Of a stretch of 64,000 nucleotides of DNA, positions 39,569-51,500 are shown piece by piece (the first letter of the stretch is position 1; each line of letters opens with the position of its first letter). The DNA lies in NCBI GenBank assembly GCA_040954595.2, contig CM082580.2, forward strand, positions 1,106,783 through 1,170,782. Reading direction: 5' to 3'. A program made the position numbers and the translations under genes. The DNA comes from Balanoglossus misakiensis. Taxonomy: Eukaryota; Animalia; Hemichordata. The notes under the pieces were generated by a model. The model made no database searches. It was not told the origin of the DNA and was given only the letters and a program-made list of their open reading frames with translations.

Positions 39569-42500
39569 TTTGAGATTTTGCAAATTCGAAAATTTGTCAT
39601 TTTTTGATGATTTTCACCCATGATTTTTTTCAAAAATCGACGAAATTTTGAGATTTTGCAAAGTCGAAAATTTGTCATTTTTTGATTATTTTCACCCATG
39701 ATTTTTTTCAAAAATCGACAAAATTTTTAGATTTTGCAAAGTCGACAATTTGTCATTTTTTGATGATTTTCACCATGATTTTTTTTTAAAAAATGACGAA
39801 ATTTTGAGATTTTGCAAAGACGAAAATTTGTAATTTTTTGATGATTTTCACCCATGATTTTTTTTCAAAAATGTACGAAATTTTGAGATTTTGCAAAGTC
39901 GAAAATTTGTAATTTTTTGATGATTTTCACCCATGATTTTTTTCAAAAATCGACGAAATTTGAGATTTTGCAAAGTCGAAAATTTGTCATTTTTTGATGA
40001 TTTTCACCCATGTTTTTTTTCAAAAATCTACGAAATTTTGAGATTTTGCAAAGTCGAAAATTTGTCATTTTTTGATGATTTTCACCCATGATTTTTTTCA
40101 AAAATCGACAAAATTTTTAGATTTTGCAAAGTCGAAAATTTGTAATTTTTTGATGATTTTTACCCATGATTTTTTTTTTTCAAAAATCGACGAAATTTTG
40201 AGATTTTGCAAAGACGAAAATTTGTAATTTTTTGATGATTTTCACCCATGATTTTTCTCAAAAATCGACGAAATTTTGAGATTTTGCAAAGTCGAAAATT
40301 TGTAATTTTTTGATGATTTTCACCCATGATTTTTTTTCAAAAATCAACGAACCCATGATTTTTTTTCCAAAATCGACAAAATTTTGAGATTTTGCAAAGT
40401 CGAAAATTTGTCATTTTTTGATGATTTTCACCCATGATTTTTCTCAAAAATCGACGAAATTTTGAGATTTTGCAAAGTCGAAAATTTGTAATTTTTTGAT
40501 GATTTTCACCCATGATTTTTTTTCAAAAATCGACGAAATTTTGAGATTTTGCAATGTCGAAAATTTGTCATTTATTAATGATTTTCACCCATGATTTTTT
40601 TTCAAAAATCGACAAATTTTTGAGATTTTGCAAAGTCGAAAATTTGTAATTTTTTGATGATTTTCACCCATGTTTTTTTTCAAAATTGAACGAACCCATG
40701 ATTTTTTTCAAAAATCGACGAAATTTTGAGATTTTGCAAAGTCGAAAATTTGTCATTTTTTGATGATTTTCACCCATGATTTTTTTCAAAAATCGACAAA
40801 ATTTTGAGATTTTGCAAAGTCGAAAATTTGTAATTTTTTGATGATTTTTACCCATGATTTTTTTTTTCAAAAATCGACGAAATTTTGAGATTTTGCAAAT
40901 TCGAAAATTTGTAATTTTTTGATGATTTTCACCCTTTTTTTTTCAAAAATCAACGAACCCATGATTTTTTTTCAAAAATCTACGAAATTTTGAGATTTTG
41001 CAAAGTCGAAAATTTGTCATTTTTTGATGATTTTCACCCATGATTTTTTTCAAAAATCGACAAAATTTTTAGATTTTGCAAAGTCGAAAATTTGTAATTT
41101 TTTGATGATTTTTACCCATGATTTTTTTTTTCAAAAATCGACGAAATTTTGAGATTTTGCAAAGACGAAAATTTGTAATTTTTTGATGATTTTCACCCAT
41201 ATTTTTTTTCAAAATTGAACGAACCCATGATTTTTTTCAAAAATCGACGAAATTTTGAGATTTTGCAAAGTCGAAAATTTGTCATTTTTTGATGATTTTC
41301 ACCCATGATTTTTTTCAAAAATCGACGAAATTTTGAGATTTTGCAAAGTCGAAAATGTGTCATTTTTTGATGATTTTCACCCATGATTTTTTTCAAAAAT
41401 CGACAAAATTTTGAGATTTTGCAAATTCGAAAATTTGTAATTTTTTGATGATTTTCACCCATGTTTTTTTTCAAAAATCAACGAACCCATGATTTTTTTT
41501 CAAAAATCGACAAAATTTTGAGATTTTGCAAAGTCGAAAATTTGTCATTTTTTGATGATTTTCACCCATGATTTTTCTCAAAAATCGACGAAATTTTGCA
41601 AAGTCGAAAATTTGTAATTTTTTGATGATTTTCACCCATGATTTTTTTTCAAAAATCGACGAAATTTTGAGATTTTGCAAAGTCGAAAATTTGTCATTTA
41701 TTAATGATTTTCACCCATGATTTTTTTTCAAAAATCGACAAAATTTTGAGATTTTGCAAAGTCGAAAATTTGTAATTTTTTGATGATTTTCACCCATGTT
41801 TTTTTTCAAAATTGAACGAACCCATGATTTTTTTCAAAAATCGACGAAATTTTGAGATTTTGCAAAGTCGAAAATTTGTCATTTTTTGATGATTTTCACC
41901 CATGTTTTTTTTTTCAAAAATCGACGAAATTTTGAGATTTTGCAAAGTCGAAAATTTGTCATTTATTAATGATTTTCACCCATGATTTTTTTTCAAAAAT
42001 CGACAAATTTTTGAGATTTTGCAAAGTCGAAAATTTGTAATTTTTTGATGATTTTCACCCATGTTTTTTTTCAAAATTGAACGAACCCATGATTTTTTTC
42101 AAAAATCGACGAAATTTTGAGATTTTGCAAAGTCGAAAATTTATCATTTTTTGATGATTTTCACCCATGATTTTTTTCAAAAATCGACAAAATTTTGAGA
42201 TTTTGCAAAATCGAAAATTTGTAATTTTTTGATGATTTTTACCCATGATTTTTTTTTTCAAAAATCGACGAAATTTTGAGATTTTGCAAATTCGAAAATT
42301 TGTAATTTTTTGATGATTTTCACCCTTTTTTTTTCAAAAATCAACGAACCCATGATTTTTTTCAAAAATCGACAAAATTTTTAGATTTTGCAAAGTCGAA
42401 AATTTGTCATTTTTTGATGATTTTCACCCATGATTTTTTTCAAAAATCGACGAAATTTTGAGATTTTGCAAAGTCGAAAATGTGTCATTTTTTGATGATT

Positions 42501-45500
42501 TTCACCCATGATTTTTTTCAAAAATCGACAAAATTTTGAGATTTTGCAAATTCGAAAATTTGTAATTTTTTGATGATTTTCACCCATGTTTTTTTTCAAA
42601 AATCAACGAACCCATGATTTTTTTTCAAAAATCGACAAAATTTTGAGATTTTGCAAAGTCGAAAATTTGTCATTTTTTGATGATTTTCACCCATGATTTT
42701 TCTCAAAAATCGACGAAATTTTGAGATTTTGCAAAGTCGAAAATTTGTAATTTTTTGATGATTTTCACCCATGATTTTTTTTCAAAAATCGACGAAATTT
42801 TGAGATTTTGCAAAGTCGAAAATTTGTCATTTATTAATGATTTTCACCCATGATTTTTTTTCAAAAATCGACAAAATTTTGAGATTTTGCAAAGTCGAAA
42901 ATTTGTAATTTTTTGATGATTTTCACCCATGTTTTTTTTCAAAATGGAACGAACCCATGATTTTTTTCAAAAATCGACGAAATTTTGAGATTTTGCAAAG
43001 TCGAAAATTTGTCATTTTTTGATGATTTTTTCCCATGATTTTGTTTTTCAAAAATCGACCAAATTTTGAGATTTTGCAAAGACAAAAAATTGTCATTTTT
43101 TGATGATTTTCACCCATGATTTTTTTCAAAAATCGACGAAATTTTGAGATTTTGCAAAGACGAAAATTTGTCGTTTTTTGATGATTTTCACCCATGATTT
43201 TTCTCAAAAATCGACGAAATTTTGAGATTTTGCAAAGTCGAAAATTTGTCATTTTTTGATGATTTTCACCCATGATTCTTTTCAAAAATCGACGAAATTT
43301 GAGATTTTGCAAAGTCGAAAATTTGTCATTTTTTGATGATTTTTACCCATGATTTTTTTTTTCAAAAATCGACCAAATTTTGAGATTTTGCAAAGACGAA
43401 AATTTGTCATTTTTTGATGATTTTCACCCATGATTTTTCTCAAAAATCGACGAAATTTTGAGATTTTGCAAAGTCAAAAATTTGTCATTTTTTGATGATT
43501 TTCACCCATGATTTTTTTCAAAAATCGACGAAATTTAAGATTTTGCAAAGTCGAAAATTTGTCAATTTTTGATGATTTTCACCCATGATTTTTTTCAAAA
43601 ATCGACGAAATTTTGAGATTTTGCAAAGTCGAAAATTTGTCATTTTTTGATAATTTTTTCCTATGATTTTTCTCAAAAATCGACGAAATTTTGAGATTTT
43701 GCAAAGTCAAAAATTTGTCATTTTTTGATGATTTTCACCCATGATTTTTTTCAAAAATCGACGAAATTTTGAGATTTTGCAAAGTCGAAAATTTGTCATT
43801 TTTTGATGATTTTCACCCATGATTTTTTTCAAAAATCGACAAAATTTTTAGATTTTGCAAAGTCGAAAATTTGTAATTTTTTGATGATTTTTACCCATGA
43901 TTTTTTTTTTCAAAAATCGACGATTTTTTGAGATTTTGCAAAGACGAAACTTTTTAATTTTTTGATGATTTTCACCCATGACTTTTTTTCAAAAATTTAC
44001 GAAATTTTGAGATTTTGCAAATTCGAAAATTTGTCATTTTTTGATGATTTTCACCCATGTTTTTTTTCAAAAATCAACGAACCCATGATTTTTTTTCAAA
44101 AATCGACAAAATTTTGAGATTTTGCAAAGTCGAAAATTTGTCATTTTTTGATGATTTTCACCCATGATTTTTTTCAAAAATCGACGAAATTTTGAGATTT
44201 TGCAAAGTCGAAAATTTGTCATTTTTTGATTATTTTCACCCATGATTTTTTTCAAAAATCGACAAAATTTTTAGATTTTGCAAAGTCGACAATTTGTCAT
44301 TTTTTGATGATTTTCACCATGATTTTTTTTTAAAAAATGACGAAATTTTGAGATTTTGCAAAGACGAAAATTTGTAATTTTTTGATGATTTTCACCCATG
44401 ATTTTTTTTCAAAAATGTACGAAATTTTGAGATTTTGCAAAGTCGAAAATTTGTCATTTTTTGATGATTTTCACCCATGATTTTTTTCAAAAATCGACGA
44501 AATTTGAGATTTTGCAAAGTCGAAAATTTGTCATTTTTTGATGATTTTCACCCATGTTTTTTTTCAAAAATCTACGAAATTTTGAGATTTTGCAAAGTCG
44601 AAAATTTGTCATTTTTTGATGATTTTCACCCATGATTTTTTTCAAAAATCGACAAAATTTTTAGATTTTGCAAAGTCGAAAATTTGTAATTTTTTGATGA
44701 TTTTTACCCATGATTTTTTTTTTTCAAAAATCGACGAAATTTTGAGATTTTGCAAAGACGAAAATTTGTAATTTTTTGATGATTTTCACCCATGACTTTT
44801 TTTCAAAAATTTACGAAATTTTGAGATTTTGCAAAGTCGAAAATTTGTCATTTTTTGATGATTTTCACCCATGATTTCTCTCAAAAATCGACGAAATTTT
44901 GAGATTTTGCAAAGTCGAAAATTTGTAATTTTTTGATGATTTTCACCCATGATTTTTTTTCAAAAATCAACGAACCCATGATTTTTTTTCAAAAATCGAC
45001 AAAATTTTGAGATTTTGCAAAGTCGAAAATTTGTCATTTTTTGATGATTTTCACCCATGATTTTTCTCAAAAATCGACGAAATTTTGAGATTTTGCAAAG
45101 TCGAAAATTTGTAATTTTTTGATGATTTTCACCCATGATTTTTTTTCAAAAATCGACGAAATTTTGAGATTTTGCAATGTCGAAAATTTGTCATTTATTA
45201 ATGATTTTCACCCATGATTTTTTTTCAAAAATCGACAAATTTTTGAGATTTTGCAAAGTCGAAAATTTGTAATTTTTTGATGATTTTCACCCATGTTTTT
45301 TTTCAAAATTGAACGAACCCATGATTTTTTTCAAAAATCGACGAAATTTTGAGATTTTGCAAAGTCGAAAATTTGTCATTTTTTGATGATTTTCACCCAT
45401 GATTTTTTTCAAAAATCGACAAAATTTTTAGATTTTGCAAAGTCGAAAATTTGTAATTTTTTGATGATTTTTACCCATGATTTTTTTTTTCAAAAATCGA

Positions 45501-48500
45501 CGAAATTTTGAGATTTTGCAAATTCGAAAATTTGTAATTTTTTGATGATTTTCACCCTTTTTTTTCAAAAATCAACGAACCCATGATTTTTTTTCAAAAA
45601 TCTACGAAATTTTGAGATTTTGCAAAGTCGAAAATTTGTCATTTTTTGATGATTTTCACCCATGATTTTTTTCAAAAATCGACAAAATTTTTAGATTTTG
45701 CAAAGTCGAAAATTTGTAATTTTTTGATGATTTTTACCCATGATTTTTTTTTTCAAAAATCGACGAAATTTTGAGATTTTGCAAAGACGAAAATTTGTAA
45801 TTTTTTGATGATTTTCACCCATATTTTTTTTCAAAATTGAACGAACCCATGATTTTTTTCAAAAATCGACGAAATTTTGAGATTTTGCAAATTCGAAAAT
45901 TTGTCATTTTTTGATGATTTTCACCCATGTTTTTTTTCAAAATTCGACGAAATTTTGAGATTTTGCAAAGTCGAAAATGTGTCATTTTTTGATGATTTTC
46001 ACCCATGATTTTTTTCAAAAATCGACAAAATTTTGAGATTTTGCAAATTCGAAAATTTGTAATTTTTTGATGATTTTCACCCATGTTTTTTTTCAAAAAT
46101 CAACGAACCCATGATTTTTTTTCAAAAATCGACAAAATTTTGAGATTTTGCAAAGTCGAAAATTTGTCATTTTTTGATGATTTTCACCCATGATTTTTCT
46201 CAAAAATCGACGAAATTTTGCAAAGTCGAAAATTTGTAATTTTTTGATGATTTTCACCCATGATTTTTTTTCAAAAATCGACGAAATTTTGAGATTTTGC
46301 AAAGTCGAAAATTTGTCATTTATTAATGATTTTCACCCATGATTTTTTTTCAAAAATCGACAAAATTTTGAGATTTTGCAAAGTCGAAAATTTGTAATTT
46401 TTTGATGATTTTCACCCATGTTTTTTTTCAAAATTGAACGAACCCATGATTTTTTTCAAAAATCGACGAAATTTTGAGATTTTGCAAAGTCGAAAATTTG
46501 TCATTTTTTGATGATTTTCACCCATGTTTTTTTTTCAAAAATCGACGAAATTTTGAGATTTTGCAAAGTCGAAAATTTGTCATTTATTAATGATTTTCAC
46601 CCATGATTTTTTTTCAAAAATCGACAAATTTTTGAGATTTTGCAAAGTCGAAAATTTGTAATTTTTTGATGATTTTCACCCATGTTTTTTTTCAAAATTG
46701 AACGAACCCATGATTTTTTTCAAAAATCGACGAAATTTTGAGATTTTGCAAAGTCGAAAATTTGTCATTTTTTGATGATTTTCACCCATGATTTTTTTCA
46801 AAAATCGACAAAATTTTGAGATTTTGCATAGTCGAAAATTTGTAATTTTTTGATGATTTTTACCCATGATTTTTTTTTTCAAAAATCGACGAAATTTTGA
46901 GATTTTGCAAATTCGAAAATTTGTAATTTTTTGATGATTTTCACCCTTTTTTTTTCAAAAATCAACGAACCCATGATTTTTTTTCAAAAATCTACGAAAT
47001 TTTGAGATTTTGCAAAGTCGAAAATTTGTCATTTTTTGATGATTTTCACCCATGATTTTTTTCAAAAATCGACAAAATTTTTAGATTTTGCAAAGTCGAA
47101 AATTTGTAATTTTTTGATGATTTTTACCCATGATTTTTTTTTTCAAAAATCGACGAAATTTTGAGATTTTGCAAAGACGAAAATTTGTAATTTTTTGATG
47201 ATTTTCACCCATATTTTTTTTCAAAATTGAACGAACCCATGATTTTTTTCAAAAATCGACGAAATTTTGAGATTTTGCAAAGTCGAAAATTTGTCATTTT
47301 TTGATGATTTTCACCCATGATTTTTTTCAAAAATCGACGAAATTTTGAGATTTTGCAAAGTCGAAAATGTGTCATTTTTTGATGATTTTCACCCATGATT
47401 TTTTTCAAAAATCGACAAAATTTTGAGATTTTGCAAATTCGAAAATTTGTAATTTTTTGATGATTTTCACCCATGTTTTTTTTCAAAAATCAACGAACCC
47501 ATGATTTTTTTTCAAAAATCGACAAAATTTTGAGATTTTGCAAAGTCGAAAATTTGTCATTTTTTGATGATTTTCACCCATGATTTTTCTCAAAAATCGA
47601 CGAAATTTTGCAAAGTCGAAAATTTGTAATTTTTTGATGATTTTCACCCATGATTTTTTTTCAAAAATCGACGAAATTTTGAGATTTTGCAAAGTCGAAA
47701 ATTTGTCATTTATTAATGATTTTCACCCATGATTTTTTTTCAAAAATCGACAAAATTTTGAGATTTTGCAAAGTCGAAAATTTGTAATTTTTTGATGATT
47801 TTCACCCATGTTTTTTTTCAAAATTGAACGAACCCATGATTTTTTTCAAAAATCGACGAAATTTTGAGATTTTGCAAAGTCGAAAATTTGTCATTTTTTG
47901 ATGATTTTCACCCATGATTTTTTTCAAAAATCGACAAAATTTTGAGATTTTGCAAAGTCGAAAATTTGTAATTTTTTGATGATTTTTACCCATGATTTTT
48001 TTTTTCAAAAATCGACGAAATTTTGAGATTTTGCAAATTCGAAAATTTGTAATTTTTTGATGATTTTCACCCTTTTTTTTCAAAAATCAACGAACCCATG
48101 ATTTTTTTTCAAAAATCTACGAAATTTTGAGATTTTGCAAAGTCGAAAATTTGTCATTTTTTGATGATTTTCACCCATGATTTTTTTCAAAAATCGACAA
48201 AATTTTTAGATTTTGCAAAGTCGAAAATTTGTAATTTTTTGATGATTTTTACCCATGATTTTTTTTTTCAAAAATCGACGAAATTTTGAGATTTTGCAAA
48301 GACGAAAATTTGTAATTTTTTGATGATTTTCACCCATATTTTTTTTCAAAATTGAACGAACCCATGATTTTTTTCAAAAATCGACGAAATTTTGAGATTT
48401 TGCAAAGTCGAAAATTTGTCATTTTTTGATGATTTTCACCCATGATTTTTTTCAAAAATCGACGAAATTTTGAGATTTTGCAAAGTCGAAAATGTGTCAT

Positions 48501-51500
48501 TTTTTGATGATTTTCACCCATGATTTTTTTCAAAAATCGACAAAATTTTGAGATTTTGCAAATTCGAAAATTTGTAATTTTTTGATGATTTTCACCCATG
48601 TTTTTTTTCAAAAATCAACGAACCCATGATTTTTTTTCAAAAATCGACAAAATTTTGAGATTTTGCAAAGTCGAAAATTTGTCATTTTTTGATGATTTTC
48701 ACCCATGATTTTTCTCAAAAATCGACGAAATTTTGAGATTTTGCAAAGTCGAAAATTTGTAATTTTTTGATGATTTTCACCCATGATTTTTTTCAAAAAT
48801 CGACGAAATTTTGAGATTTTGCAAAGTCGAAAATGTGTCATTTTTTGATGATTTTCACCCATGATTTTTTTCAAAAATTGACAAAATTTTGAGATTTTGC
48901 AAATTCGAAAATTTGTAATTTTTTGATGATTTTCACCCATGTTTTTTTTCAAAAATCAACGAACCCATGATTTTTTTTCAAAAATCGACAAAATTTTGAG
49001 ATTTTGCAAAGTCGAAAATTTGTCATTTTTTGATGATTTTCACCCATGATTTTTCTCAAAAATCGACGAAATTTTGCAAAGTCGAAAATTTGTAATTTTT
49101 TGATGATTTTCACCCATGATTTTTTTTCAAAAATCGACGAAATTTTGAGATTTTGCAAAGTCGAAAATTTGTCATTTATTAATGATTTTCACCCATGATT
49201 TTTTTTCAAAAATCGACAAAATTTTGAGATTTTGCAAAGTCGAAAATTTGTAATTTTTTGATGATTTTCACCAATGTTTTTTTTCAAAATTGAACGAACC
49301 CATGATTTTTTTCAAAAATCGACGAAATTTTGAGATTTTGCAAATTCGAAAATTTGTAATTTTTTGATGATTTTCACCCTTTTTTTTCAAAAATCAACGA
49401 ACCCATGATTTTTTTTCAAAAATCTACGAAATTTTGAGATTTTGCAAAGTCGAAAATTTGTCATTTTTTGATGATTTTCACCCATGATTTTTTTCAAAAA
49501 TCGACAAAATTTTTAGATTTTGCAAAGTCGAAAATTTTTAATTTTTTGATGATTTTCACCCATGACTTTTTTTCAAAAATTTACGAAATTTTGAGATTTT
49601 GCAAAGTCGAAAATGTGTCATTTTTTGATGATTTTCACCCATGATTTTTTTCAAAAATCGACAAAATTTTGAGATTTTGCAAATTCGAAAATTTGTAATT
49701 TTTTGATGATTTTCACCCATGTTTTTTTCAAAAATCAACGAACCCATGATTTTTTTTCAAAAATCGACAAAATTTTGAGATTTTGCAAAGTCGAAAATTT
49801 GTCATTTTTTGATGATTTTCACCCATGATTTTTCTCAAAAATCGACGAAATTTTGCAAAGTCGAAAATTTGTAATTTTTTGATGATTTTCACCCATGATT
49901 TTTTTTCAAAAATCGACGAAATTTTGAGATTTTGCAAAGTCGAAAATTTGTCATTTATTAATGATTTTCACCCATGATTTTTTTTCAAAAATCGACAAAA
50001 TTTTGAGATTTTGCAAAGTCGAAAATTTGTAATTTTTTGATGATTTTCACCCATGTTTTTTTTCAAAATTGAACGAACCCATGATTTTTTTCAAAAATCG
50101 ACGAAATTTTGAGATTTTGCAAAGTCGAAAATTTGTCATTTTTTGATGATTTTCACCCATGTTTTTTTTTTCAAAAATCGACGAAATTTTGAGATTTTGC
50201 AAAGTCGAAAATTTGTCATTTATTAATGATTTTCACCCATGATTTTTTTTCAAAAATCGACAAATTTTTGAGATTTTGCAAAGTCGAAAATTTGTAATTT
50301 TTTGATGATTTTCACCCATGTTTTTTTTCAAAATTGAACGAACCCATGATTTTTTTCAAAAATCGACGAAATTTTGAGATTTTGCAAAGTCGAAAATTTA
50401 TCATTTTTTGATGATTTTCACCCATGATTTTTTTCAAAAATCGACAAAATTTTGAGATTTTGCAAAGTCGAAAATTTGTAATTTTTTGATGATTTTTACC
50501 CATGATTTTTTTTTTCAAAAATCGACGAAATTTTGAGATTTTGCAAATTCGAAAATTTGTAATTTTTTGATGATTTTCACCCTTTTTTTTTCAAAAATCA
50601 ACGAACCCATGATTTTTTTCAAAAATCGACGAAATTTTGAGATTTTGCAAAGTCGAAAATTTGTCATTTTTTGATGATTTTCACCCATGATTTTTTTCAA
50701 AAATCGACGAAATTTTGAGATTTTGCAAAGTCGAAAATGTGTCATTTTTTGATGATTTTCACCCATGATTTTTTTCAAAAATCGACAAAATTTTGAGATT
50801 TTGCAAATTCGAAAATTTGTAATTTTTTGATGATTTTCACCCATGTTTTTTTTCAAAAATCAACGAACCCATGATTTTTTTTCAAAAATCGACAAAATTT
50901 TGAGATTTTGCAAAGTCGAAAATTTGTCATTTTTTGATGATTTTCACCCATGATTTTTCTCAAAAATCGACAAAATTTTGAGATTTTGCAAAGTCGAAAA
51001 TTTGTAATTTTTTGATGATTTTCACCCATGATTTTTTTTCAAAAATCGACGAAATTTTGAGATTTTGCAAAGTCGAAAATTTGTCATTTATTAATGATTT
51101 TCACCCATGATTTTTTTTCAAAAATCGACAAAATTTTGAGATTTTGCAAAGTCGAAAATTTGTAATTTTTTGATGATTTTCACCCATGTTTTTTTTCAAA
51201 ATGGAACGAACCCATGATTTTTTTCAAAAATCGACGAAATTTTGAGATTTTGCAAAGTCGAAAATTTGTCATTTTTTGATGATTTTTTCCCATGATTTTG
51301 TTTTTCAAAAATCGACCAAATTTTGAGATTTTGCAAAGACAAAAAATTGTCATTTTTTGATGATTTTCACCCATGATTTTTTTCAAAAATCGACGAAATT
51401 TTGAGATTTTGCAAAGACGAAAATTTGTCGTTTTTTGATGATTTTCACCCATGATTTTTCTCAAAAATCGACGAAATTTTGAGATTTTGCAAAGTCGAAA

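Noticed and set aside
4966-39607. Dozens of 60-140 aa ORFs (MLPNSLVYLP..., MFCASQQ...)
   Set aside because: They are translations of satellite A. The monomer length is mostly not a multiple of 3, all frames hit stops, and many starts are non-ATG.
39600-39615. TGATGA box C-like motif in satellite B
   Set aside because: No partner box D (CTGA) in the monomer; it is just part of the AT-rich unit.
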